Source: a bacterium (GTDB lineage Bacteria > JADJOY01). From it: 64,000 nt of DNA. Positions 49,513-58,976 of the stretch are shown piece after piece. The stretch is taken from assembly GCA_046331705.1 (NCBI GenBank), contig JAXLQJ010000006.1:124001-188000 (forward strand). The letters are read 5' to 3'. Under the pieces are notes generated by a model. The model did not search any database. It was not told where the DNA came from and saw only the letters and a list, made by a program, of their open reading frames with translations. The position numbers and the translations under genes are program-made. The first letter of the stretch is position 1. Each line of letters opens with the position of its first letter.

Positions 49513-51657
49513 GTGAACCCCCCGCATGCCGTCGTTCGCTCGAAGCACCGCCGCAGCTTGCGGGCATCCGTCCTCGCCGCGGGCGTGATCGCCTGGCTCG
49601 CCGGCTCGCCGACGCGCGCCACGCTGGCGGGCGACGGCCCGCACGCGACGGGTGAACGCGTGAGCGCGTTGCTGCGCGGCGCGGCCGCCGAGCTTGGGCA
49701 GCGCGCATCCGGCCCGAAACGCGCGACGGCGGTGGCGCCCATGGGCGTTCGGGTGGTGGGCGACGAGGGCTTGGTGCGCGCCGACGAGCGCGGGCGGCTG
49801 CACGTCTTCGTTCGTGTGGCGCGCAGCGACGCGTCCGCGCGCGACGCGCTGGCGCGCGCGGGGCTCGAGATCGAGCTCGCGAACGAGCGCGCGAAGGTGG
49901 TGCAAGGCTGGCTTCCGCGCACCGCGCTCGAGGCCGTCGCGAGCCTCGATTTCGTCCGACGCGTCACGCCGCCGATCTACGCCGAGGCCGCGGCAGGGCA
50001 GGTGCAGACCGAGGGGGACGCGATCCATCGCGCCGATCTCCTGCGCGCGCTCGGCATCCGCGGCAAGGGCGTGCGCGTCGGCGCGATCTCCGACGGCGCG
50101 CTCGATTTCCAGGCGGCGCGGGATGCAGGGGAGCTTCCCGGCGACGTCTCGATCCTCTCACCCGGGGACGGCTACGAGGGCACCGCGCTCCTCGAGATCG
50201 TGCACGACCTGGCACCGGACGCGAAGCTCGGCTTCTGCAGCGGCCGGCCGACCACGCCCCAGACGCTGCTCGAGTTCGCCGACTGCGCGCAGCGCTTGGT
50301 GGACGAGTTCGGCGCCGACGTGATCGTCGACGACGTGAACTTCCTGGGCACGCCCTACTTCGAGGACGGGCTCGACGCGATCGCCGTGGGTGAAGCCATC
50401 GCCAAGGGTGCGGTGTGGGTATCGGCCGCCGCCAACTTCGGCGACAGCCACTATCAGGCCACGTTCGTGGACTCGGGAGACCCGCTTCATTCCCACGACT
50501 TCGGCGGCGGCGACGTCACCATGCCCGTGCGCGTGCCGCTCGGCGGGCTGAACGTGTACATGCAGTGGGCCGATCCGTTCGAGTCGGTGACCGACGATTA
50601 CGCGGTGTGCATCGTGAACGGCGCGGAGCCAGGTGCCGAGAGCTGCTCGCGGCGCGTCGATCCGGCGAACCCGTTCGAGGTGCTCTTCTTGCCGTGCTCG
50701 ACGGCCAACGCGTGCGACGTCGACATCGCGATCCGGCTCGAGAGCGGCGCGGCGCGCGAGGTGGAGCTCTTCTTCACCCAGCGCGAGAGCTATGGACCTC
50801 GACAGTTCGGCAGCGCGCGCGACAGCGTCTTCGGGCACTCCGCTGGCCGCGACGTGGTCTCGGTGGCGGCGATCAACGCCACCGACCCCGGCTACGACGA
50901 CGTCACCAGCTACAGCTCGCAAGGACCGGTGACGCTCTTCTTCCCCGAGCTCGTGCGCCGCGCCAAGCCCGAGGTGAGCGCCGTCGATTGCGTGTCGCTG
51001 AGCGGCGCGGGTCAGTTCCACAGCCCGTTCTGCGGCACCTCCGCGTCCGCTCCCCACGTCGCCGGAGTGGTGGCGTTGCTCCGCAGCGCCTTCGCGACGG
51101 CGTCCGTCGCCGAGATCCGGGGAGCGCTGGCCGACGGGGCCGTGGACGTCGGCGCGCCGGGCTACGAGGATCGTGGCGGCTTCGGCCGGGTGGACGCGGT
51201 GCGTTCGGCGGACCTGCTGCGCGAGCGCGTGGGCTCGACGCCGGTCGCGACCATCGTCGAGCCGCCGGGCGACGTCACGATTCGCGCTGGCGAGGACGTG
51301 TCGTTCGCCGGCAGCTGCGCCGATCCATACGCGCCCGACGGCTTCTCGGGCCATTGGGAGTTCGGCGCTGGCTCAGGTGTCGCGCCGAGCGATCAGCTCG
51401 CGCCCGGTGGCGTGACGTTCACGATCGTCGGCACCCACCGCGTCTCGTTCACGTGCGCCAATGGCGCCGGCAGTGCCGACCCAACGCCCGAGACGCGCAC
51501 CGTGACGGTTCGCTCGGCGCGCGGCGGTGGCGGGGGTGGCTGCGCGGTCACGGGAGCGGGGGAGGAGGCCGCGGGTGGGCTCGCCGCCGGTGGGCTGGCC
51601 ATGTCGCTCGCGCTCGCTCGTTTGCGCCGTCGCGAATCGCGGCGTTCGCGGGCCTGA
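49513..51657 (+). CDS. S8/S53-like serine peptidase with PKD domain and MYXO-CTERM/GlyGly-type sorting tail
   Basis: GGAGG RBS; GVRVGAISDG, YEGTALLEIVHDLAP, YSSQGP, KPEV, GTSASAPHVAG; tail GGGGGCAV-TM-RLRRR. Confidence 0.88.
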   Translation: MNPPHAVVRSKHRRSLRASVLAAGVIAWLAGSPTRATLAGDGPHATGERVSALLRGAAAELGQRASGPKRATAVAPMGVRVVGDEGLVRADERGRLHVFVRVARSDASARDALARAGLEIELANERAKVVQGWLPRTALEAVASLDFVRRVTPPIYAEAAAGQVQTEGDAIHRADLLRALGIRGKGVRVGAISDGALDFQAARDAGELPGDVSILSPGDGYEGTALLEIVHDLAPDAKLGFCSGRPTTPQTLLEFADCAQRLVDEFGADVIVDDVNFLGTPYFEDGLDAIAVGEAIAKGAVWVSAAANFGDSHYQATFVDSGDPLHSHDFGGGDVTMPVRVPLGGLNVYMQWADPFESVTDDYAVCIVNGAEPGAESCSRRVDPANPFEVLFLPCSTANACDVDIAIRLESGAAREVELFFTQRESYGPRQFGSARDSVFGHSAGRDVVSVAAINATDPGYDDVTSYSSQGPVTLFFPELVRRAKPEVSAVDCVSLSGAGQFHSPFCGTSASAPHVAGVVALLRSAFATASVAEIRGALADGAVDVGAPGYEDRGGFGRVDAVRSADLLRERVGSTPVATIVEPPGDVTIRAGEDVSFAGSCADPYAPDGFSGHWEFGAGSGVAPSDQLAPGGVTFTIVGTHRVSFTCANGAGSADPTPETRTVTVRSARGGGGGGCAVTGAGEEAAGGLAAGGLAMSLALARLRRRESRRSRA

Positions 51658-51696
51658 CGCCGCACCGAGCCTTTCCGCCCCGCGCGAGCGCCGCGC

Positions 51697-52476
51697 TCAC
51701 GCGTTCAGCGCGGGGCCGAGCGAGCCGAGACGGCGTCGGATGAGCTTGCGGTGCAAGATCGCGATGAGCTCGTTCGAGCCTTCGATCCAGTCGTTGGCGA
51801 CCCGCGTCAGCTCGTCGGGAAGCATGGTGCCGAGCACGCTCTCCATCGTGACTTCGAGCTCCTTGGCGACCAGCGCCTCGAGCGCGTCGCGGTAGATGCG
51901 CATGCGCTCGATGCCGAAGCCACGACTCGGCGTGAGGCCGTTGGCGCGCATGCGCGCGATCTGCCGCACCAGCGCCGCGTCCTCGCCGGAGTACCCGCGC
52001 TGACCGTCGCGCCTGCGCGGCTCGATCACACCCATGGCCGCGAGCGCCCGGAGATCGGCGGTGGAGATCGTGCCGTCGGCGACCAGCTCGCGCTCGGTCG
52101 CGCCCGCCAGCCCGCGATCGAGTGCGGCGAGCACGGCATTGCGCGGCGCCAGGTACTCCCGCACCCGCTCGGGCTCGGCGACCTTGGCGAGGATGCGCTT
52201 CACGACCTCGAGCGGCAGGAACGCGCTCGACTGGAGCTCCTTCACGAGCTTCACCGCCGCGACGGTGGCCGGCTCGTAGTAGGCCATGTTGCGACTGGTC
52301 TTGATGGGCGCCGGCAGCAAGCCTTGGCGCGCGTAGTACTGGACGGTGCTCGCAGGAACGCCCGAGAGGCGTGCGACCTCGCTCATCTTGAGTCGCCCCT
52401 CGGGCGCTGCCGGGCGCGTCACGCGTCGGGAGCGCGCGCGGCGCGGCGGGGCGGCCATTCGCTTGCGTACGGCCAT
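51697..52476 (-). CDS. MerR-family transcriptional regulator (two MerR-like HTH regions)
   Basis: LKMSEVARLSGVPASTVQYYARQGLLP...MAYY...LPLEVVK; second region LAAMGVIEP...YSGEDAALV. Confidence 0.88.
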   Translation of the reverse strand: MAVRKRMAAPPRRARSRRVTRPAAPEGRLKMSEVARLSGVPASTVQYYARQGLLPAPIKTSRNMAYYEPATVAAVKLVKELQSSAFLPLEVVKRILAKVAEPERVREYLAPRNAVLAALDRGLAGATERELVADGTISTADLRALAAMGVIEPRRRDGQRGYSGEDAALVRQIARMRANGLTPSRGFGIERMRIYRDALEALVAKELEVTMESVLGTMLPDELTRVANDWIEGSNELIAILHRKLIRRRLGSLGPALNA

Positions 52477-52487
52477 CGGTGGGCCGA

Positions 52488-53663
52488 TCAGGCGGCCGCG
52501 GCGCGCTCGGTCGGCGCCGGGCGCGTGCGTTCCGTCGCATCGGCCGTGGGCGGGGGAAGCCAGCGCTGACCGTGGTACCAAGCCACCGTGTCTGCGAGCC
52601 CGCGCCGCAGCTCGGGGTGCGTCCAGGTGAAGCCGAGGGATTCGAGCTTGCTCACGTCGTACGCGTGATCGTCGGCGAGGTAGTCGAGCCATTCGGGATC
52701 GAGCCCGACGCGAATCGCGTCCTCGAGCCCGTGGCGCTCGGCGCGGCGCCGCCACAGGGCGAGCAGCCGTGCGTCCCAGCGTGGCACGAGCCGCGGAATC
52801 ACGGCGCGCAGGCCGCCGAGCAGCGGCCGAAACAGCCAGGCGCGATAGCGAACGATCGGCCGCGCCGGCAGGCTCACGCTGGCCGCGAGCGCCGTCACGA
52901 AGTCGCCGAGCGGCAGCGGCGAACGGTCGGCCACGTTGTACGACTCGCCGGGAGTGCCGCGCAGCGCGACGAGGTAGGCGGCCTCGGCGACGTCGCGAAC
53001 GTGCACGCTGTGCACCAGGCCGCCGCCGGCGACGGTGGGAAGCGGCCGTGGCGAGCGCGCGCTGGCCCGAAGCGACAGGATCGCGAGCATCACCGCGTGG
53101 CCGAAGCGGCTGCGCGGTCCGTAGACCAGCGTCGGCCGGATCGCCACCGTCTCGAGCGCGCGCTGGCGCGCCACTTCCATGACCGCCTGCTCGCCGAGCC
53201 ATTTCGAGCGCTCGTAGCCGTTGCGCGGCCGCTTCGGGCCGTTCTCGGGCATGAACCGTTCCGTGGGTCGGCCATAGACGCCCACGCTCGAGAAGTAGAG
53301 CAGGCGGCGGACCCCGGCGTCGGCGGCGCACTCGGCCAGCCGGCGCGCGCCGGCGACGTTCACCTCGAGGAGCTTCTCCCACGGGGTGCGGAAGTCGAAG
53401 ATCGCGGCGACGTGGAAGACGGTGCCGATCCCCCGGCAGGCGGCGGCGAGCGACGCGTGGTCGTCGAGGGCGATCGTCGCCGTCTCGCAGCCGAGCGCGC
53501 GGGCCGCGGCCAGGTCGGCTCCCGGAAGATCGGCCGCGCGCACCGCGATGCCGCGCTCGCGCAGCACCTCGGCCAGGTGGGAGCCGATGAAGCCGCTCGC
53601 TCCCGTCACCAGCGCGGCTCCGAGGTCGTGGGCCGTAGCCATCGTGGCGGTGGACATCGGCAT
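52488..53663 (-). CDS. NAD-dependent epimerase/dehydratase (extended SDR)
   Basis: LVTGASGFIGSHL, FHVAA, SSVGVYG, YERSK, RPTLVYGP, VHVRDVAEA. Confidence 0.9.
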   Translation of the reverse strand: MPMSTATMATAHDLGAALVTGASGFIGSHLAEVLRERGIAVRAADLPGADLAAARALGCETATIALDDHASLAAACRGIGTVFHVAAIFDFRTPWEKLLEVNVAGARRLAECAADAGVRRLLYFSSVGVYGRPTERFMPENGPKRPRNGYERSKWLGEQAVMEVARQRALETVAIRPTLVYGPRSRFGHAVMLAILSLRASARSPRPLPTVAGGGLVHSVHVRDVAEAAYLVALRGTPGESYNVADRSPLPLGDFVTALAASVSLPARPIVRYRAWLFRPLLGGLRAVIPRLVPRWDARLLALWRRRAERHGLEDAIRVGLDPEWLDYLADDHAYDVSKLESLGFTWTHPELRRGLADTVAWYHGQRWLPPPTADATERTRPAPTERAAAA

Positions 53664-53705
53664 GCTCGTGGCGCGGCCCGCCGCGAGCGGGGCCGAATAC
53701 GTGCA

Positions 53706-53735
53706 AAGTTAGAAGTGGCACTTCGTACTTGTCAA
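53706..53735 (-). promoter_or_regulatory. Sigma70 promoter with dyad operator in the spacer (MerR-type)
   Basis: Minus strand TTGACA(53735-30)-18 nt-TAACTT(53711-06); dyad AAGT-ta-GAAGTG-g-CACTTC-gt-ACTT centred at 53718. Confidence 0.7.
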
Positions 53736-53741
53736 AGAGTA

Positions 53742-53773
53742 AGCCCGCTCCCCGGCGCGGCGAGGAGCGGGCT
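53742..53773 (-). terminator. Putative intrinsic terminator after sterol desaturase-family gene
   Basis: 10-bp stem AGCCCGCTCC/GGAGCGGGCT followed on the minus strand by TACTCTTT. Confidence 0.55.
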
Positions 53774-53796
53774 CGGGTGGTCCGCAGGCCCGCTGC

Positions 53797-54582
53797 TCAC
53801 GCGGCGGCGGCGAACAGCGGCGCTCGTGACGACTCGTCGCTCGCTCGCGGCGCCTCGGTCACGTCGCGACCGATCAACAGCGATCCGATCCGCCGCGACG
53901 CGCCATTCCAGAACCCCACCTCCTCCACGAACTCGGAGGGATTGCGGAAGGTGCCGAAGACCATGTCCCAGAGCGCGATGTCGCCGTAGTTCATGGCGTG
54001 CACGCCGCGCTGGTGATGGACCGAGTGGCTCTCGGGGCGCTGCACGAAATAGCCGAGCCAGCGCGGAGTGCGGACGTTGGCGTGCTGGAAGAGTGCCAGG
54101 AACGTCCCCACCGTTCCCGCGAGCATCGCCGCCTCGGTGGTCACCCCCAGGGCGCCCACCATGCCGAGGCTCGACGCCAGGGTGAAGCCCGCGATGTCCA
54201 CGGGGTGGAGCATCGGCGAGCCGTAGACGTCGAAACGCTCTGCCGCGTGGTGAAGCTGGTGGAACCGCCACAGGAACGGCACGCGGTGCATGCTGCGGTG
54301 CCACGCGTAGCTGAGCAGCTGCACCGTGACGAGCCCGAAGGCCGCGCCGCCGAAGGTGCCGAGCGCACTCGCATCGATCAGCCGGTGGGCGCCGAGCCAG
54401 CCATCCCAGAGCATCGGCAAGGCGATCGAGAGACCGAAGAGCACCGCCAACGAGATCACGCCCTGGAGCCGCCACAACCGAACCGCAGGCTGGGGCCGCG
54501 CGGGACGGAACCTCTCGAGGATGGCGATCGATCCGAAGAACACGACTGGCGCGAACATCACGAGATTCATCCACGATTCCAT
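53797..54582 (-). CDS. Sterol desaturase / fatty acid hydroxylase family protein
   Basis: His boxes HRSMH, HQLHH, HSVHH; FQHANV, NYGD..LWD..FGTF; AAGGAG RBS. Confidence 0.9.
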   Translation of the reverse strand: MESWMNLVMFAPVVFFGSIAILERFRPARPQPAVRLWRLQGVISLAVLFGLSIALPMLWDGWLGAHRLIDASALGTFGGAAFGLVTVQLLSYAWHRSMHRVPFLWRFHQLHHAAERFDVYGSPMLHPVDIAGFTLASSLGMVGALGVTTEAAMLAGTVGTFLALFQHANVRTPRWLGYFVQRPESHSVHHQRGVHAMNYGDIALWDMVFGTFRNPSEFVEEVGFWNGASRRIGSLLIGRDVTEAPRASDESSRAPLFAAAA

Positions 54583-54644
54583 GACCGACTCTCCTTCTCG
54601 GGTGGCGCCCCCGCGGTGGTCCCGCCGAGCGCGCCGGTGGGTTT

Positions 54645-54705
54645 CGTCCCCGAGGCGTGACGTTTCACGGAACACCGTTCCGCGCTTCGTCACGCCCGAA
54701 GGACG
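54645..54705. promoter_or_regulatory. 61-bp interrupted inverted repeat in divergent promoter region
   Basis: CGTCC / GGCGTGACG / CGGAAC - ACC - GTTCCG / CGTCACGCC / GGACG, all three arm pairs centred on 54675. Confidence 0.6.
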
Positions 54706-54722
54706 GGAAGGGGAGGTTCGAC

Positions 54723-55640
54723 ATGGACGATCGCGAGACGGCGGCGGTGCTGGTGGACGAGCTGGAAGGGGATGCGGCGGAAGACCTCTTCGTCGCGGCG
54801 GGTGCCGACGCCGGGCGGCTGCGGCTCGCGCACCGGGCGGTGGCCGGTGGCGCGCGACTTCTCGGTTGCGGCGCTGTCGATCACTCGCTGGTGAACCGCG
54901 CCATCGGCCTCGGCTCGGCACGGCAGGCCGTCGCGGACGTGCAGGAGGCGGTGGACAGGTGGCTCGCCGAAGGTGGCGGGGAACGACTCTGGCTCGATCT
55001 GCCCGCCACGATCGTATCGGCCTGGCGACCCTGGCTGGACCGGCGGGGAGCGGTTTCGACGGGAGTGGGTCGACACTTGCTCGCGCACGACGGCGCGCTG
55101 CCGCCCGTGATCCGAAGCGGGATCGAGGTCGCGCGTGCGGCGCGCGACGAGGCAGCGGCGGTGAGCGCGCTCCTGGCGCGCGGCTTCGGGTTGCAGGGCG
55201 TGGCGGCAGCGATTCTCCGTGGCGCCGTGTGGCGGCCCCGTTGGCACGTGTTCGTCGGCCGCGTCGACGGACGGCGGATCGCCGCCGCATCGCTCTTCGT
55301 GAGCGGGGATCGGGCGTTCCTCGGCCCGAGCGCCACGGTGCCCGCGGCGCGCCGCCGGGGCGCGCATTTCACGCTCACGGCCATCGCGATTCGCGCCGCG
55401 CTCGACCTCGGCTGCCGCACGCTCGTGACCAGCGTGCCCGATGCCGGCAGCGGCGATGGCGCGCCCGTGCTGCGCAATCTCGAGCGTCTCGGCTTCCGGT
55501 GCTTCGCTTCCACGCGCGGATTCGCCGTCGCCGCGGGTGGGGTCGACGCGGTGGTGTCGCTGCCTCGACACGCCCGGGAGGCGCGGCGAGAATTCGCGCA
55601 TGTCGCTCACCCGCGCGCCAGTCGTCGGCCGATCGCGTGA
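54723..55640 (+). CDS. GNAT-family acetyltransferase-like protein
   Basis: GGAGG RBS; NRAIGLG, SATVPAARRRGAH (motif A), ALDLGC, VLRNLERLGF. Confidence 0.75.
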   Translation: MDDRETAAVLVDELEGDAAEDLFVAAGADAGRLRLAHRAVAGGARLLGCGAVDHSLVNRAIGLGSARQAVADVQEAVDRWLAEGGGERLWLDLPATIVSAWRPWLDRRGAVSTGVGRHLLAHDGALPPVIRSGIEVARAARDEAAAVSALLARGFGLQGVAAAILRGAVWRPRWHVFVGRVDGRRIAAASLFVSGDRAFLGPSATVPAARRRGAHFTLTAIAIRAALDLGCRTLVTSVPDAGSGDGAPVLRNLERLGFRCFASTRGFAVAAGGVDAVVSLPRHAREARREFAHVAHPRASRRPIA

Positions 55641-58600
55641 GCTCGCTCAGCTCGCCCACGCGCTCGACGCCGCGGCACGCGGCGTCGGCAGCTTCTGGCT
55701 GCTGAGCGGCGAGGCCGGGATCGGCAAGAGCCGCCTGCTCGAGGAGGTCGCGTCGCTCGCCGAGCAGCGCCGGGCGCGCGTGCTGTGGGGGCGGTGCTGG
55801 GAAGCCGGGGGAGCGCCGGCGTTCTGGCCGTGGATCCAGGTGCTGCGGGTGATGGTCGCGTCGCTCGCCGAGGCCGACGCCGCGCGCATCGTGGGCAGCC
55901 GCGCCGCGGTCCTGGCCGAGCTCCTGCCGGAGCTCGCCTCGGGTGGAGCGGTCGCGACGGCCACGAGCCTCGCGGGTGAGCAGGCGCGCTTTCAGGTCCT
56001 GGACGCCGTGAGCGGGCTGATCGCGGACGTGGCGCGACGCGCTCCCCCGCTGGTGCTGGCCTTCGACGATTTTCACGCGGCCGATCCGTCGTCGGTGTTG
56101 CTGCTGGATTTCCTTGGCCGTGCCATCCGCGATCTACCGGTGGTGGTGGTGGCGAGCTTCCGCGAGCCGGACGCGACGCGTTCGCCGGTGGCGCCGTTGC
56201 TGGCGGCGCTCGCCCGCACGGCGAACCACCTCCCGCTCGGCCCGTTGCGCGGCGACGACGTCGCCGCGCTGGTCGCCGCCAGCGCCGCGGCCCCGCTCGA
56301 CGCCGCGCTCGAGGACGCCATTCGGCGGGCCACGGAGGGCAATCCGCTCTACGTGATCGAGATGACGCGGCTCTGCGAGGCGCGGCTCGCGCATCCGGAG
56401 CTCGCGCCCGTGGAGGTCGGCGGTTCCCGGATCGCGATTCCCGCGAGCCTCGCGAGCACGCTGCGCGCCCGGATCGACGCGACTCCGCTCGCCACGCGCG
56501 AGCTGCTGGAGGTGGGAGCGTTGCTCGGTCGCGAGTTCGCGCTCGGCGACGCCGCGAGCTTGCTCGACACCACGCTCGCCGACCTCGTCGCGCGCGTTCC
56601 GGCGGCGCTCGCGGACGCGTTGATTCGCGAGGTCTCACCCGCGCGCTTGCGGTTCTCCCACATCTTGATCAGGGACGTCTGTTACCAGGGGCTCGGCAGC
56701 GCCCGGCGCAGCGAGCTCCACGCGCGCCACGCCGAGTCGCTGGAGCGCGCGCTGGCCGCGGGCTCGGACCAGACCTCGTGGGCGGAGGCGGCACACCATT
56801 GGCTCGCGGCGGGCGTGGCGTGCCGCGCGCGGGCGATCGCCGCGCTGCGCCGCTCCGCCACCGCCGCGAGGCTCACCCACGCGTACGAGGACGCCGCGCA
56901 GGCGCTCGAGCGCGCGCTGCAGGCGTGGGACGCGGACTGCGTCGGCTGCGATCCGCGCGAGCGCGCCGAGATCCTCCTCGAGCTGGCGCGCGCGCGCAGC
57001 CTCGCCGGTGACGGTGTGGCGGCCGAGACCAGCTGCATCGCCGTCGCGGAGGTGGCGCGGCGTGTGTCGGATCCCACGCTCCTGGCGCGCGCCGCGCTCG
57101 AGCAGGGCGTGGTGCTGGTCTACGCGCGCGTCGACGCCAGCCTGGTCGCCGTGCTCGAGGAAGCGCTCGGCGCGCTGCCGGCGGGCGACTCGTCGCTGCG
57201 AGCCCGGTTGATGGCGCGTCTCGCGGCCGCCCAGCAACCCGCTCCCGACCCGTCGCAACCCATGGCGCTGGCGCGCGCCGCCATCGCGATGGCGCGCCGT
57301 GCGGGAGACGCGCCGGCGCTGCTGGAGGTGCTTCGCAACGGCGTGTCGGCGCTCATGGATTTCGCCGATCCGAGCGAGCGCATGGCGCTCAACGCGGAGC
57401 ACGTGGCGCTGGCGGAGCGCACCGGCGAGCGGGTCGACGCGTGGCGCGGCACGCTGCGGCTGGTCTTCGATCACGTCGAGGCCGGCGACGTCGCCGCCGC
57501 TCGGGCCGCCACCGAACGGGGCGCCCGGCTGGCGACGGCGATCGCGCATCCGTACTACCTCTGGCACGTGGAGGCGCTGCGCGCGCTGCACGCCATCCGC
57601 GCCGGCCGCTTCGCGGAGGGCGTGGCGCACGCGGACGAGGCGCGCCGGCTCGCGGAGCGTGCGCGCGACCCGAACGCCACGCGTAGTCTCGCGCTGCAGC
57701 GCTGGTGGCTTGCCCGGCTGCGGGGCGACGCGCCGCTCACGCACCAGGCCATCGACGCGGTCGAGCGCAGCGTCGCAACACTTCCGGTGGCGCGGGTTCT
57801 CGGACGGCTGCTGCGCGCGCTCGCGGCGCTCGAGCACCCCACGGATTCCCACGCGCGGGGACGCGTTCGCGGCGAGCTTCTGAGCGAGGAGCTGCTCGGC
57901 GAGCTGCTCGCGATGGATGACCTCTCGACCCTCTCGACGGTGGCCGCGGTGGCCACGAGCGCGGACGATCCGGTGCTCGCCCTGCGCGTCCACGAGCGGC
58001 TCGCACCGCACGCGCACCGCTGCGTGAGCTGGGGGCTCTTCGGGATGTTCGCCGAAGGGCCGGTGAGCGCCCCGCTCGGCCGCCTGGCCGCGGTGGCGGG
58101 GCGACTCGACGAGGCGCGCGAGTCGCTCGAGGATGCCCTCGCGCGCTCACGGGCGCAGCAGCTTCGGCCTTACGTCGCGGCGTCGGCGCTCGATCTGGCG
58201 TGCGTCCTCGAGCGCGCGGCGCGCGATCGGGATCGGGCGGCAGCGCTTCGCGGCGAAGCTCGTGCGATCGCCGAGGAGCTGGGGATGGATGCGCTCGCGC
58301 GGCGGGCGGCCACCGGCGCCCAGGATGATGCCGGCGCCGACCCTCGTGGCGATGCGGCAGCGGTGGCGGCGATCGACTCCTCGGTTGCGACCGCCGCGAC
58401 GGCCGCCGCGCCCGCGGCCTCGCTCGTGTTCGAGCTCAGGCGCGCCGGGGAGACCTGGGAGGTGTCGCGCGCGGGCCGGACCGTCCATCTTCGCGACAGC
58501 AAGGGGCTGCGCATGTTGGGCGCGCTCGTCGACGAGCCGCGCCGCGAGCGACACGTCCTCGATCTGGTGGCGCTCGCCGACGGCGGTGCCGGCGACGGCA

Positions 58601-58959
58601 ACGGCGTGATCGATCGCGGCGATGCCGGCGAGCTGCTCGATGCCCGCGCCCGCGACGCCTATCGCCAGCGCGCCATGGAGCTGCGCGCCGAGCTCGAGGA
58701 GGCGGAGCGCTGGAACGACGCGGCGCGCGCCCAACGCGCCCACGGCGAGCTCGACGCGCTGAGCGAGGAGTTGGCGCGCGGCGTGGGACTCGGCGGACGC
58801 GATCGTCGTGCCGCTGGTGCCGCCGAGCGCGCCCGCGTCAACGTGCAGCGCCGGCTGCGCGACGCCATCCGGCGCATCGAGGAGCAGGACCTCGAGCTGG
58901 GACGCCACCTGGCGCGGGCGATCCGCACCGGGACCTTCTGCTCGTACGATCCGGTGTGA
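55600..58959 (+). CDS. STAND-type AAA ATPase transcriptional regulator (AAA_16 + TPR-like helices + non-LuxR C-terminal domain)
   Basis: VVGRSREL, SGEAGIGKSRLL, APAFWPW, LAFDDFHAAD, TEGNPLY, FSHILIRD; C-term KGLRML...ERHVLDL...ERARVNV...RTGTFCSYDP. Confidence 0.88.
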   Translation: MSLTRAPVVGRSRELAQLAHALDAAARGVGSFWLLSGEAGIGKSRLLEEVASLAEQRRARVLWGRCWEAGGAPAFWPWIQVLRVMVASLAEADAARIVGSRAAVLAELLPELASGGAVATATSLAGEQARFQVLDAVSGLIADVARRAPPLVLAFDDFHAADPSSVLLLDFLGRAIRDLPVVVVASFREPDATRSPVAPLLAALARTANHLPLGPLRGDDVAALVAASAAAPLDAALEDAIRRATEGNPLYVIEMTRLCEARLAHPELAPVEVGGSRIAIPASLASTLRARIDATPLATRELLEVGALLGREFALGDAASLLDTTLADLVARVPAALADALIREVSPARLRFSHILIRDVCYQGLGSARRSELHARHAESLERALAAGSDQTSWAEAAHHWLAAGVACRARAIAALRRSATAARLTHAYEDAAQALERALQAWDADCVGCDPRERAEILLELARARSLAGDGVAAETSCIAVAEVARRVSDPTLLARAALEQGVVLVYARVDASLVAVLEEALGALPAGDSSLRARLMARLAAAQQPAPDPSQPMALARAAIAMARRAGDAPALLEVLRNGVSALMDFADPSERMALNAEHVALAERTGERVDAWRGTLRLVFDHVEAGDVAAARAATERGARLATAIAHPYYLWHVEALRALHAIRAGRFAEGVAHADEARRLAERARDPNATRSLALQRWWLARLRGDAPLTHQAIDAVERSVATLPVARVLGRLLRALAALEHPTDSHARGRVRGELLSEELLGELLAMDDLSTLSTVAAVATSADDPVLALRVHERLAPHAHRCVSWGLFGMFAEGPVSAPLGRLAAVAGRLDEARESLEDALARSRAQQLRPYVAASALDLACVLERAARDRDRAAALRGEARAIAEELGMDALARRAATGAQDDAGADPRGDAAAVAAIDSSVATAATAAAPAASLVFELRRAGETWEVSRAGRTVHLRDSKGLRMLGALVDEPRRERHVLDLVALADGGAGDGNGVIDRGDAGELLDARARDAYRQRAMELRAELEEAERWNDAARAQRAHGELDALSEELARGVGLGGRDRRAAGAAERARVNVQRRLRDAIRRIEEQDLELGRHLARAIRTGTFCSYDPV

Positions 58960-58976
58960 CTCGCGAGAGCGGCGGA

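Noticed and set aside
55600..58959. STAND ATPase as an Avs/NLR-type antiphage system
   Set aside because: No nuclease, TIR, SIR2 or protease effector; the architecture and motifs match transcription-regulator STANDs and the context is metabolic.
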